From Takakia lepidozioides (taxonomy: Eukaryota > Plantae > Bryophyta): a stretch of 64,000 bases of DNA. A program made the position numbers and the translations under genes. Below the pieces are notes generated by a model. It was not told where the DNA came from. It saw nothing but the letters and a program-made list of their open reading frames with translations, and ran no database searches. Location of the stretch: positions 54,064,001-54,128,000 of the forward strand of contig CM060732.1 of assembly GCA_030704615.1 (NCBI GenBank), read 5' to 3'. Positions 50,501 through 64,000 of the stretch are shown piece after piece. The stretch's first letter is position 1; each line of letters starts with the position of its first letter.

Positions 50501-53500
50501 ATGGCAAGTTCCTGTTACCACTCAACTCTAGTCCAATTTATGAGGTGTATTACAGTGCATTCTTGTAATGATCTTTATGGTTTGATGGCTCTTGTGGAAG
50601 GTATTTTGACACCATCTTTTCTTTCAAACTCACTAAGCTTCTCATAACATGCTGGTTTGTTTGTGTATGACAATGCTTCAACATGATGTCCCTACAGTAC
50701 TAATTTTCGTTGGGGTCTTGAATGCGATATTTGATCTTGAGGTGATTTGAAGGGTCAGAAGAGATTCATATCTTCACAATTGAGATCCATCGGTTGGTTT
50801 TGAAGATCACTGACAAGTGCAATGCTAAAATCAGACGAGAGTGAGGAAGAGTTCTCAACAAGATTGGCGGAGAATCTGGAAAAGCTGATTTTGAAGGAGG
50901 GGCCTGAGACAGTGAGTATTTCTTCATAGCAGTGTGCTAGTTATGTTACATGCAACAGCACCAGCACTTCGGCATGACCACATTCTTTCTCAATACAGGT
51001 TAGATGAGAACCATATTTCGGATACGAATTTCAGTGAGAAGAAAATTTATCGGCGAGGCCTTGCAAAATCATCCAAGATAAATCCAATCCTTCTAAGTTG
51101 TTGCGAAGAGCAACCGTCACTGTGTCAATAAATTCTGAGGTGTGCAGCATTTTCCTAAACCCTACCTTGTCAAAGCAAAGGCATTTCAGGCTTGGTTGCG
51201 GTTTATGCCGGTTGGATATCTAAAGGTGGCTTCTCGAGTATAAAGTGATATTCACAACAGTTAGGATCAAGCAAGGATCAGAAGCCTGCTTGCTTTTGCG
51301 AACGGAGATGACAGTCCATCTTAGGTTCTGATTGAAGAACTTTGACATGAATCATGTCCTTACCATATTATCTTGATGCTCTTTTTGGTACAGCAGACTC
51401 TGTTGTACAAGCAGTAGGATTGTTTTTACTCTAAGCATTTACCCTGAAATGACTTTACCCCTTCATTTTGGTTTTAGCACTGCCACATTTTACATGCAGT
51501 AAAGGGAACAGCCTTCATGAAATTGAGCCTGGGCTTGGTGTGAATGACTGAAACCAGAAAATGACACAGCGTGCACTTTGCAGATTGCAGCTTTCATTGC
51601 AGAGCCTGTGATGGGTGCTGGTGGTGTCTTGCTACCTCCTGCAACCTACTTTGACAAGGTATCCTTGTGCCACACTATGAACAAATCATGCCTCTTTTGA
51701 TGATTATGTGAGTAACTCCTGAATTTAAAACACCTAAACTAGAGTATGATTAATTGATCCACGCACTTTCACTTGGTAGTAAGATTGGTCTCCAAGTAGT
51801 GTGGCACAGCTTGGAGACTGCTGCTTGACCTTTACTCTGCATACTGGATGCATTCTCTTTCCAAGAGACCAAGGTTGGCAGGTTGCATAAACGAAGTGCT
51901 TTCGTCATCTTTGAGTTGTGATATAGGGCTATTTCCCAAGGTCTAATTTGTCCAATTGGGTTTGTTCAGCATTTCTCGAAACTTCAGCCTTCAAATTGTA
52001 GGTGAATTTCTTTCTGGTTGTGAATTGGCAGTTGGTGCACTAAACGTCTTTAGTTTTGGGCCTAAGAGCTGCCCTTGTAATATAGTTGTACACTCTATGT
52101 TACTGAGTATCACATTGTGATATGTGGAATTTGCAGATCCAATTGATTTTGAAGAAGTATGATATTCTTTTGATTGCTGATGAGGTGGGTGACTTCTGAT
52201 CCTTGTGTGTAACCTGGTCCATACAACAATTCCCTTGAAATATGAAATCGGCTGACACTTGATACTGCTTTTTCTGTGGGGTCTGATCCAGTTTGTTTTG
52301 GATGACAGGTTATTTGTGGTTTCGGAAGACTTGGAACCATGTTTGGATGCGAGAAGTATGGCATCAAGCCTGACCTTGTGTCGATTGCTAAGGTGAGGAG
52401 TCTCTGTGCACCTGGGCCCCCTATCCATGGGGTGCCTAGCAGGCCAATGTGTTTTCACGTGTAAGTTGAAAACAACTAACCGCAAACCAAGCACCAAGGA
52501 AGGAATGAAGAATGTATGGCCTTATCTGTGGTTTGCAAATTCTTGGTTTGACAGGCACTTTCATCGGCGTACATGCCTATTGGAGCAGTTCTTATGGCTC
52601 AGCATGTCTTCGAGGCAGTGGCCTGCCATAGCAATAGCCTTGGCAAGATGTCAAACCTAGTCCTTGACTGACTGACCTGTTCATGCTGTAGCTTCTCTAG
52701 CATTGTTTGCAGGCATATTAGTTGGCTAGTCTATGATATCTTTGCAAAATTGTGGCCTTTTCTAAGAAGCTGAACTCCAAGAAAAGTTAGATCTGAGGGA
52801 TGTGCATTGCAGGAAGGCACGGCATTTAGTTACAGATGTTGGATTGAAGAGAAGAATTGCTTGTAATGTGATAGGCATATTCGCACATGGGTTCACAAAT
52901 TCTGGCCATCCAGTGTCAAGTGCAGTGGCTTTGGAAACTTTGCGCATCTACAAGTACAGCCATCTCTGCTCAATGCCACATAACCTGTTGCTCTAAATAA
53001 ACTTCTTTCTACAGTTTGTGCAATTTTCCTTAGTTTGAGCAACATGAAGCATAGAATAGGTCATGATCCATACTACCAGGTCATCTCCCAATGTGGCGCT
53101 GCTTCCTGAGATCTCCTATACCTGAATAGTAGTTGATACTTGCCTCTTTGTCAGGGAGATGATATGTACAAGAGGGTTGTGTTCATTGCAGGGAGAGAGA
53201 GATATTAGTGCATGTGAATGGAGTTGCACCCATTTTTCAGGAAGGCATGAAGGACTTGGCAGACAGCCCAATTGTGGGAGAGGTAAGGATCATGACATCT
53301 CAGTCTTCACTTTTTGAGAACTCTTCTCAGGGCTGGGATCAAGCCAATGATCCGTAATACTAAACCGTGTGAATCCATGCAATTTTCTACATGACCTTTT
53401 GAAAACTCAAAGAGATACTTCACAGTTGCCAACAAAAGGGATGGTTTATGGGTGGGAGCAGATCAGAGGAACGGGGTTGGTATTGGCCATTGAATTCACT

Positions 53501-54299
53501 GCAGATAAGCAGACAAAGGAGTTGTTCCCTGTTAACTGGGGTATGTTGCCCTTGGCCTGACATAAAGATTGATGCAAGGGTATCTGTATAGGAGCTATTT
53601 CTGTGTCTATATCTGTACATTTTGTTCAAGTAGATAAAGTTGACTAGTTTTTGGGGGGATTGATTGCTCAGTGTCTGGTGGGAGCCTTGTTATTACTGAA
53701 GCCTAGAAAGAATGTGACAAAACACATATTACATAGAGGAGTTGAACAAACTATGCTCTTGGGGTGGCCAGTGGTCGGAACGTACTTTGCAGGGGAATGT
53801 ACAGCAATGGGCATGCTGGTGCGTGTGTCGGGTGACATCGTTATGATGGCACCTCCCCTCATCATTACACCTACAGAAATCCATGAGGTAGGACCATGTT
53901 TCAATTTAGTCTTACCACTTGTAATGTATGACTAGTTGGATGTTAAGTTGAAGAGTGAGAAATACAGGCCTGGAAGAACGACTTGACCTCCATTTCTCAC
54001 ATTTGGCTAGACTCTTCCCCCACTAATCAAAACTGCCTACACGTTTCTGAAACAACAAAACTCTCTCCCCTTGCTCTCCATGCTTGTATGCACTGGCTGC
54101 TGAGTTGTATCTTAATGATGGCTCGTTGATGGCTAAAGGTGCATGGGAGAATAGTTTCTGAAAAATAAGGCATAAGAAAGGTACTTCATCTCATCACTAA
54201 CTCATGTTGCTTGCACAGATTATACAAATGTCAGGGGCAGCATTGAAGGTGACAGAGAAATATGTCGCTGAGTTGCAGGTCAACACTAGAAAGGTCTGA
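47589..54299 (+). CDS. GABA-T: Gamma-aminobutyrate transaminase (class III PLP aminotransferase), ~17 coding exons
   Basis: [141 protein letters not shown]; stop TGA at 54297-54299. Confidence 0.93.
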
Positions 54300-56075
54300 A
54301 GACAGCAGCTCGCACACATTACCACTACATTGCTGTAGCTCATCACATAATGTACTCATACGACGTTTTTTAAGTCATCACAGAGTAACACCATGAGTTA
54401 TTTAAGTACCATCTACTTCATATAGGGTTGGATCTCTGTCTTCCATTAGCAGAATGCAAATACTCACATGTGCCTTCTCCTTGTTAAGATGATACTGGTA
54501 AGCACTGCTGATTTTGTATTTGACTATGCACTTCGTCACTGGCCAGTAACTTTGGCCACCCTCTTCTTCCAATACCCTTCTTCAGCTGCCTCTTCTTTCA
54601 CCTCCTTCTCCAATACCAACAAAGTTGTAATCTTTGTTCTTCCTTTGTGATGCGATCTGTCAGCATCATCTCTCAAATTATGCACTTCCCCAAGTCTGGG
54701 GGATCAGCGAAACTTTAGCAATTAAGAAATAAGCATCAGACTTATCACTTTGTGGATTCAAACTTAGTTCAATAGATCATCCTTTCTTCCACTCCCTGTG
54801 GGTCCCTCATGCCCCTCATAGCAAGTTCCGCCTTTTGACCCTTTGATCTCCTCTTCTTTCTTCTTTCCCACTCTCCTCCCCTTTGGTCCAAAACTATCCC
54901 CACCAAGTCACAGACTCCCTGACCTACCAATCCATGCACTATAAGCCACATGCTCTCCAAGTCTGTCCAGCCAGGGTAAAGGCCTTTCCCACATATGTGA
55001 AGCTATGCAATATCTCAATCCACTTATAGAAGCCTCGTAAGGCTGTGTCATCAAGTCCAAAGAGCCTTGGCTATTGAAGGACTGTCTTTCACTGTTCTGT
55101 TTGTGCCTCTTACGGATAAGAGCTTCCATCCATGATATGGATGAAGTCCGCATTTCCCTTAGATACCGATGCGCAACCACAAGACTGGGCTGCTCGAGAG
55201 TGCAGCAGCTATGGCGATGGCAGCTGCTACAGCACCATGTCTCTACGACTCCATTTCTTCTTTCGCTTCATTTAATGCTTGTAAGTTCCCTGACGCGCAG
55301 AATGTATACCGAACATTGGTTATGAGACGTTTATCTTTCTTGGAACTGGAAGTCGTTTAGTTCTTATGCTGGGTTTGCAGGGGATCTCTGGTAGATTTGA
55401 ATTTCGAGCCTCTTCGCCTTATACGCAGTGAGAAATATTTCAGAATTTAACCCAATTCAACGACAAGCACTCCTGACATTGTTCATACGAGAATCTCGGT
55501 GAGGCATGAGGAAGACAATGCGAGCTGATAACTCAGAAGCCATAAGCCTTCAGGACATACTAGATTGACCAGTTTACTCAAGTTTGGGTCCGTGTAATTG
55601 GCTGCCATGCGTGTCTAACTTGTCACATTGGACGCTATTCAGCTTGGGCATTTGGCACACACCCAGTGTAATCGTTATGATGGGGTAACACAAGGCTGCA
55701 ACGTACTCACAGTGATATGCTTCCATAAGTTCGACTTTTGGCAATTGTATCTCAATTGACCGTTTTTATACCGCATAACGGCATGGGGTGTCTCTCTCTC
55801 CATTGGATGCAAAAAAATTCCTTAACCCACGCTTTTTTTGGGGTACCTCCCTGACAAGTGAGCTTGCTCGCCGTGCTGTACCATTGTTTCACTCACAGTG
55901 TGCCTCCTTTTTGTCGTTTCTGCATTGTGTAATGATATTCAAGGAATTGTACAAGCAAAGGCGAGTCACGTCCTGCAAGAGCCCGCTGAAAGGAACAATA
56001 TGGTTTATCCAGGTTCAGTGCAAAGTAGTATTTCTCTGAACTCAACCTGAAGGAAAGCCCAGGCCTTTGATATCA

Positions 56076-59000
56076 ATGGCGCAATGGCCTGGTTGAGAAC
56101 CTCAAAGAAGATGAGATTGTGCTGTGCGTGCGTGTGAGAGAGACAGAGTTCGCAAGGTCTAGGAGAATAAAGTACAAAGTGTAGACGTTCAATATCTTTT
56201 CCGGTTGTGGTAGGTTGGAAGAAATTAGGTGTTGCCAAGGCGCCATCATTGTTGGCGGAGCGATGTAGCAGCAGCACCTCAACCTTGGCCATGGCTTGTA
56301 AGACCGATGTCAAGTCAATATCCAGGAGAGAAGTCAGCCTGGGGAGTCTTCTTGCAGGATGTTCTTTAGGTCTATTCTGCGCATCCCATCTTTCTGCTTG
56401 CACTTATGCAAAACTTTCTGCATAATAACTTGGGGAGGTGATCCATGCTGATCGAACAGTAGCATAGCAGACATTGCTCCAAGAGGAAAGCGAAGTTCAG
56501 GAGGCAGCCCCACAATGCACCATTTGGCCAGCAGGGAAGAATATGTTTGTTACTGATCCATTGATGAGATAGTTAGTGACCATCATAAAATCTTGTCCAA
56601 TCCTGGAGGGACTGGGCGCAGCCACCAGTAACATGGTTATGGTTGAGGAGGCGGGAGCTGTCTCATCAAGCAAGCGGGCTGTAAGCTTCCAACTTTATCA
56701 AAAAATGATTTTTACATCAAACACTTGCCATGCAAATAGTTTTCAATGGTAGCACAGGTCCTGTCTACCTGTTCATCACATGAGGGCCACAGAAGTTGTG
56801 AGAGAGTGCACTCTATCTACAAATCATGTGCAAGTACAGACAGTATATTTCCTTCAGGCTGTACATATGCACCATTATTGTTGTGACTACAGAACACAAG
56901 TTGACGCTGCTTCTTTACAGCTACACAACACTTTCTTAACCTGTATAGGCACCTGTTTTGAGGGAAAATAGGTGGTATGGATGGCAGCTTCGGTCTGAAC
57001 AAGTTCCCGAAAGTGAGTTCAAGACGCTTCCCAATGGCCTCAAGTGAGTCTGGTCCTAAACCTTGCCTTGCCTCACCCTCAGGGGTGTCATGCAAAAGTG
57101 CATAGTGTGTTGAACACGGAGTGTCCCCCCCCAAACTTGGCTCAAAAAAATTCGAAAGGCACCCAGAGAAGGAGCTGAATGAGGCCTTGGTTTACTAACA
57201 GGAATATCCTCAAGATCTCGTTGAATGCCTCCTCCAACAAACCCAAAACTTTCCATCAAGCTTACCGCCGATGGAGGGTATAGCGCAAAGAGAGAAAGAA
57301 ACTTCATAACGAACAAACACAAACACTTAGTCAGTTTACACTGGTTATAGATGCTTGAGCTGTCTTTCCATGCTGCTAGTCACACTAAATCTCCAATTTC
57401 AAGCTTTCAAGGTGTGCCATTTGACGAGGAGTAGGCTGTTTTTGGCACATGCAGATATTATGATGTGAAGGTGGGAGGTGGGAAGGCAGCTGAGAGGGGC
57501 TCCCGCGTGGCGGTCTGTCTATAGCTACCCAGCAAAGCAAATGTTTCTAGGGTTGTATAGGTCCTCAGCAAAGCAAAAGACTTTGTAGGATTGAAAAGCT
57601 GCACAATCTGTGAAGACTGGGTGTGCATGCAGGCACATCATTTGCTAGGTTGTTTTACACACTTCTCCATGGGAGAGAGGGATAAAGATGTCAGTGCAAA
57701 GTGGAGGGGATGATACTCTGTTACATCTTGAAATACTCTGAGATGATCAGTTGTGATGAAATGACTTGGGGGTGCAGGTACACTATGTGGCAAAGTGGAA
57801 AGGTGTGACATTTATGACAAGCCGGATGGGAATGGGGGTCACCGGGGGCACAGTGAGTCCAAGCTTTCCACATACCTCACCTTTGGTTGGCTACATGTGC
57901 TGCAAAGTGTTCTTGGACTCTTCATGTATGTTGATGTCTCAACGAAAGAGCTGTCACCACTGTCACCCTTTTTTTCCCCTTCATAGCTGCAGAAGTTCTG
58001 CCATGTTCACTCCACCTCACCATGTGTCCAGAAGGTTGGATACAATGAGATCGCCTGTTAAGTGACAGGATTAACATTTGAGAGAGAAGGTTCCCACCTG
58101 TCACTTGGTGATGATATGCAAAGCCTTCAGCAGCTTGTCAAAATCCAAGTTGGCTTGAAATTCAAAGGCCATAGGAAGCTAGGGAAAGAATATTGCAGGG
58201 AACAGTCGATGAGTATGTCTTTCTGTCCCTCATTCCTCTCTCACAGTGCTGATGGGTTCAAACATATCTCACACAAGTTTAGACCCTCTTCATAGCTGAT
58301 GCCTTTCACATTGCTGATGTTTCATCTATTGGATGCCACATGGAAATGTTTATTCCCTTCTCTATCCTGGATGTGAGAAATTCTGTGAACTACAATGTAT
58401 TCGCTATTAGACCTTTAGCTCCACCCTGTCATCATTTGTCAGAAATTTTGCTGGATGTAGGTAGTGTGACTAACAAAATATGTATGGCTGTCAAGCCTTA
58501 CGGTTTTGATGTAGGATCCTCAGACATTGGAATTGTGCTGAAGGGCTTGGACTACGGAGTGATTGGAATGAGGGTGGGAGGTCAGGTAACCCCTTTCCAA
58601 CTTTGAAGCCCCTCATTCTTATTCTGGTTTCTTGGACGGGTCTTATGTGTATTCTTCTGTGTCGTGTAAAGCAAGTTCTTAAAATGTAAAGTGTTAACTC
58701 TAAGTAGAAGCCAATGGTGGTTTATAACCTTCGCTGGTCTGAAAATGTCCTTATCTGACGGTCTTTGCATTGCCGCCATATTTCGCCCTGAGTGGTGCAA
58801 GATTCCTTGGTGTGAGGTGTGTTCCTCATTTGAGATGCACAATGCCCATTATGGCCTGTTGGTTGCAGCGCTTGCTGATAGTTCCTCCAGAGCTGGCTTA
58901 TGGCAATAGAGGCATTCAAGAAATTCCCCCCAATGCGACACTCCAGGTTGGATCATGTCTTTGACTTCTGCACTTTGCCTTTCTGAGTTTGTTTGAAATG

Positions 59001-59366
59001 TAGATGCCAAACAACTTTGTCAATGCCTTGAACTTGTTACCATTATATAGGATCTGATAGATTTTGCTTGCTTGTCACAAATACGCCTTTTTTCTGTCAA
59101 GTACTCATCGGTGGGAGGTTTGTCATTGCTACTCTGTTTTTTGCAGTTCGATGTGGAGCTATTAAGCATCAAGCAGGATTCATTTGGGTAAGTATATGAT
59201 GCCTAAGCCAGTGTGTGCATGTGGGTATAGACAAAATTACTCGTCTTTCCTTTTGATGTTTTGTAACATCCTGTCTTTTTTGGATGGCTTCCCATACCTG
59301 AGAACTTGTTCTGACTTCAGAGAGATTTGCCTTGACAGGTCACAAGTGAAACTGGTTGAGGGGTAA
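56076..59366 (+). CDS. FKBP16-4: Thylakoid lumen FKBP-type peptidyl-prolyl isomerase (FKBP16-4-like); start exon tentative
   Basis: Twin-arginine ISRREV; PESEFKTLPNGLK|YYDVKVGGG..GSRVA|VHYVAKWKGVTFMTSR..GGT|PYGFDVG..LKGLD.GV.GMRVGGQ|RLLIVPPELAYG..EIPPNATL|FDVELLSIKQ..VKLVEG. Confidence 0.88.
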
Positions 59367-60122
59367 GTACACTATAAGCTTACTGATTTAATATCAGCTG
59401 GCTCAAGTCTTTTTAAGCACTCAACCTCTTAACTGCTACAGGAAACACACCAGACAATTTGATGGACACTTGGTGTGTTGGACATAGCAGACTTGCATAT
59501 TCCAAATCCTGATTCAAATATCACTTTAGAGGTTCTTGCGACACCCATAGGAAAGCAGTTTGAAGCTCAATTTTTTGTGAATTACTTCATCGTGGCCAGA
59601 ACTACGCACACCTGCAGCTTTTTGAAAGCCCATCAATGCCAACTACACCCAAGCTGCTTTACCAGTATAACATTTCTGTCTGTATAAAATTTCCATTTGA
59701 CATTAGCAGGTTACTTCAAGATGCCTGTCTGTCAATCTGAAACGCAGATTGTTCCCAATCAGGGTTGATTCTCACATCTCACCTGCATCAAAGCTCTGAC
59801 AACAGCAGATTTAAGTCCTGCTCTGCAAAGGTGACCAAACAAGCCCAAGGAATATTCACATAACGTGAGACTGATCTGGCTTACTTGTGTTTCACCATCC
59901 AGGCAGATTGTCCCTCCTGCCTCCCAACCATATTGCTGGCCTTACGCTGGTCCATACAGTCCAGCTTTGGCTCGATCCATGCCCAGTCATCTAAAACTAC
60001 TCGCAGAACCAACTGTTGCAAAACTGACTTCACAGGGGCCATCCAGAGATTGAAGAGAGGCATGAAACATGAGTTTGAGTCTTACACGACACTAATCCAA
60101 GAAACTTGCATCGGCACTGCAA

Positions 60123-60170
<48 letters not shown>

Positions 60171-60419
60171 CTTTACACACTAAACTTTCCGAGGCACAAG
60201 ATCGAAATACTCGCAGAAGTTGTGATCCTGCGTCCTCAACAATGTGATCGATCTGTCAGCGATGATCCCCGCTTCTTTGTCCAAGCATTTGGTACATTCC
60301 GAACACTCGTCTGTTGCAACTTCAGCCTTCCGGTTTAAGTTGTTCGGGGATTTCCTATCACTATACCTTCTCCCTCTCCTCAGTCGGCCTTCTCTCTTGG
60401 TCTCTGGCAGGGAGGGAGA

Positions 60420-63190
60420 ATGCCGGAGGGACCAGCGGACATGGAGGACATCGAGAAGGAAGATGACGGAGAGAAGCGGGAAATAGGCAAGCTTGCTGTG
60501 TGGAGCGTCAGCTCTAACAAGCCCGGCAATGGTGTTGAAATGCTCCGTGATAACAACCTCAGCACTTACTGGCAGTACTGACCCTCCCTTTTCTGTCCTC
60601 TCTGTCGACCCCCTCTTTGATAGTGCGTTTTACTCTGCTTGTGGGTGAAGGTTGGGAAGAGTTTTGTGCGCCTTGCTACAATTGCACTGAGAGTAAGCTT
60701 AAGCTTTTCGTCTCAAGCAACGAGCTTTGACGAGCAAGACCTCATTCTAGTGAGCAAGCAAAGTCATTATTAAGATAACCCCTCAAGCTGGATATCAGAC
60801 ATATGAGGTTGCAGCGCAGCTTGTTATATCCATTAGCTTTATGCTGTCTAATCTAGGCTCGCGTACGAATTATCCAATCTCTGTTAGATGTCAGATTGTG
60901 TTGGCCGACGTCGTATTTGCTGTCAAACCTGGTCTGTGTGGACGGGATATACATGCTTGTGTGTTGTGAGTAAAACCCCAGAGATAATGCTTGCTTTCAT
61001 TTGGGCTATAGTGCAGATCTGATGGCGCCCAACCACATTTGGTGAACATTCAGTTTCAGAAGAAAGTTCGACTTCAGGCAAATTCCTCCCCACTTCACGT
61101 ACAATTTGCACATGCATGTAGTGGTAATTTCCTAATCAGAAGAGCTTTATCAGTTCAAATTGGTTGTGAACTCCATCCACCTGCTTGTGCCTGCAAAGAT
61201 TTGCAACCAGTCTGAGTTTTCTATAGGGAACACCAAGCGACCCTTATGCCCAGAGTGCTTCCAATATATTATTCTTGCTCAAGCATAATTACACCGCAAG
61301 ACTATCCAATGTTAAGCTCTTTGGTGTAACATATGATGGCCATCAGTCATGAGAAGTCACGTACAGTTGAGGCTGCCACGGCCCTAACATCAAAGCCTAT
61401 TACTTACTGGTCTCCCAGTTCATTCCGATGCCGTACAAGGGCCCAACCCGAGAGATCTATTTATAAACTCTGCACGTCAGCTCTCATGCACCTGTCTGCC
61501 TCCTACTTCCATTTTCTTTTCAGGAGAATTGCATCGAATCCACAGTTCAGGTTTAGTGCTGTCAAAATTTACCATAATGTTTTCAAATGGTGTGAATTTT
61601 ATTTTTTCTGTCGATAACCTTAAGCTTAAAACCTCATCCATATGCCTGCACCAAAGCATGTTGTTGTTTCGAATTTGGTATACTGAGACCTACTTTGGGT
61701 TCAAGTGTTGCATGCACTCTATGTCACCTACCTTTTTGCACCTCATACCTTATTAGAAGGGACTGAGAGAGTCGGAAAATGACAAGGTGGCCAGGATTTT
61801 AACCCTTATGTCCAGAATATATGGGTTGCAGCAAGTAGCACTTTATGTGGATTTCATGGTTGATGAGAGTTACACTCCAAACAAAATCTCCATCCGCGCT
61901 GGGAATTCTTTTCATGATCTTCGGGTATGTGCTGTGCCTTGAGCCTCTCCATGTGTTGGTGTATGTACACTTGCTCTATCTGCGGTGTGTGTGTCTTAGA
62001 AGGAGAGATGTATTGTTTGACCATTATCTGTGACTTGGTAACCCTTTGAAGATGGCAAGCCCTCCAGGAAACTCTGCTCAGTAGCCATACTCTAGCACTC
62101 AGCGGCCAACATCTGGTTAAAGGGAATGAGTACTGACATCTTGTATAGACATCATGCTGAAGACACAATCTTGAATCCAGCAGTGATCTCCTATCTTCCA
62201 TAGATGTGATGCATGTACTGTGATTTGCACTGCCATCTGTAGTGTAAAAAAAGGTTTAAGTGAGACAAAGAGGAGAGGGGTCCAGGCAATCAAGCTTGTC
62301 GGGAATGAAGTTGCTAATGAGTGGTGGGATGCAGGAAATTAAGGTGGTGGACTTCGTGGAGCCCGTAGGGTGGGTATACATCTCATTATGCCCCAATGAC
62401 TCCAAGTAAGGTCACTAAACCCTTCCCTCATGCTGTAGCTTCTATGACCTTTTGAGTTGTACCCATTTACAGTAAGAGTATATAGGGATTCACCTGAGAA
62501 ACAGACTGTTTCAATTGGAACTTGAATAAACCAGACAGATTGATTTCAGTAGAGTTGCATAGCCCTCAAGCTCCTCAGGGACCTTTTTGACGCACAAACA
62601 TCGGCACTAACATTCCTTGGTGGTTTTGAGGTTGCAAATCACTCATTTTCCAGCTTCATTTTCTAGGAAGCGCCTGAGCGCCAAACTTTCCTTCCAGCAT
62701 GGCTTGTCTTAAGTTCTTCCACACATATATCTCCTTTTGCCTGTTTGTGCTGACTATGTGTAGCCTTGTTGGCCTGCAGAGAGTTCTTGCGAGCATTCTT
62801 CATGCAGTTGGCAGTGTTGTCAAACCATCAAAATGGAAGGGATACTCACATTCGGCAAATCAAGATTTATGGTCCGCGGCAGTAAGTTTTGCCTTTTTGG
62901 ACTCCCAACCTTCTGTTTGGTGGTGGCAGTGGCAGCATTTGCCTGCACCCTTAATCCAGCCACCCATGTCCCCTCACTTTCCATCGATGTTTGCAATTTG
63001 CATGAGAAGAGAAGAAAAGAAATAGAGCACACCTGGAAACCAGTATTTGGTTGATGGCTTTTGAGTTGAGACTAGAAGGTTTGTTGACTCAAAGTCTGTA
63101 TGTGGGTGGTATGCATGCAGGAATGCGGTGATTGGGCATCCATTTCAGTTCACCACAGTAGAGTTTAGTATGCGATCAACCATCCGCTAA
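60420..63190 (+). CDS. APC10: Anaphase-promoting complex subunit 10 (DOC domain), 6 exons
   Basis: [29 protein letters not shown]|[17 protein letters not shown]..|[14 protein letters not shown]..|EPVGW..|[25 protein letters not shown]|..FQFTTVEF. Confidence 0.93.
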
Positions 63191-63499
63191 CTAAGATGTC
63201 ATCTCTTTGCGGAGGTAAACGGGATGGGGGTTAGCCACCGCCCTTGTTCTCAGCTTGCCCATCAACACGAGTGCCAATTTTTTAGCAAGTATCTGACTCG
63301 AAGGTATAAGCAAATTGTACTATTGACCTGCACTATTTGCTTTTGTGAAACAATTTGATCGGTTTCTTTACGGATAGCAAGCATTCACCCCCTGACATAA
63401 TCAGGGACTACAAGTTGGTGGTCAGATGTGAGAGCAGGGGGTTTCCATAGCTAGCGTACCAAGGCTTATAATGATTGCCCACATGGAGAATCTGAATCT

Positions 63500-64000
63500 C
63501 CTTCAAATATCGTCTCACTTGCATGGCCTTCAAATGTGTCCCACGACACCAGTATTGCATTTTTCTCCTCGGAATTGAACTTTTGTGTGGTTCTCAATGA
63601 CTGTTGCCGCTTCTCGGCATTGTCTCATCAAATTATTTGACATCGTGTCTGTAAATGAGTCTCCTACTCTCAAGAGAGAGAAGTTTAAGTGTGGAGAACT
63701 TGGTTTTATGCACAATTCCCTGGATAGATTTGAAGAGAGCGTCTCTTTGGTGAGAGAACCCTGGACAGTGTATCAGAAAATGAATTCTGTCTTCAGATTG
63801 CCCACACAACGGGCAATTGCACTCTCCCTTTCCTCTCTGCTTCTGTTTGCTGTTCAAAGGTAGGCTTCCTGCCCTGAGTTTAAATTTCAGTCTAGTGCCG
63901 AGAGTGGGTAGACTCTTGAGGTCATCCAAGATGTCCTCCCCCATGTCACTGACTGGAAACAAGTTCAGGGAAGTTTTCTGCCTAACTTCATTTGCATCAG
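63500..64000 (-). mobile_element. 3' part of a LINE ORF2 (C-terminal CCHC region), running off the window
   Basis: KFKLRAGSLPLN..CPLCGQSEDRIHFLIHCPGFSHQR resembles the post-RT zinc-finger region of LINEs. Confidence 0.6.

Overview
Eukaryotic nuclear DNA, most likely from a non-seed land plant (bryophyte- or lycophyte-like; inferred from gene content, short GT-AG introns and a PLS-type PPR gene). Host genes on the flanks: a decayed PLS-E PPR gene, an OCA/PFA-DSP phosphatase-like gene, an ADP/ATP carrier, a DIVARICATA-type MYB, GABA transaminase, thylakoid FKBP16-4 and APC10. They surround a ~28 kb nested transposon island (~10-38 kb). The main feature is a 10.1 kb Ty3/gypsy-type element (12544-22634, minus strand, 4-bp TSD ACAA) inserted in a Helitron. 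Its polyprotein reads Gag-protease-C5 cytosine DNA methyltransferase-(deleted RT/RNase H)-integrase-PHD finger. Its terminal repeats are circularly permuted (B-internal-A'-B-A). The genomic ends correspond to a cut inside a GACA-GC-TGTC palindrome, and the primer-binding site is complementary to the element's own LTR (self-priming). The island also holds a complete phytoglobin gene with a probable plastid transit peptide inside the Helitron Rep domain, a hAT element split by an inversion (matching 8-bp TSD), and an RLE-type non-LTR element inserted in a tRNA-derived SINE. All coordinates and alignments were read by eye; no searches were run.
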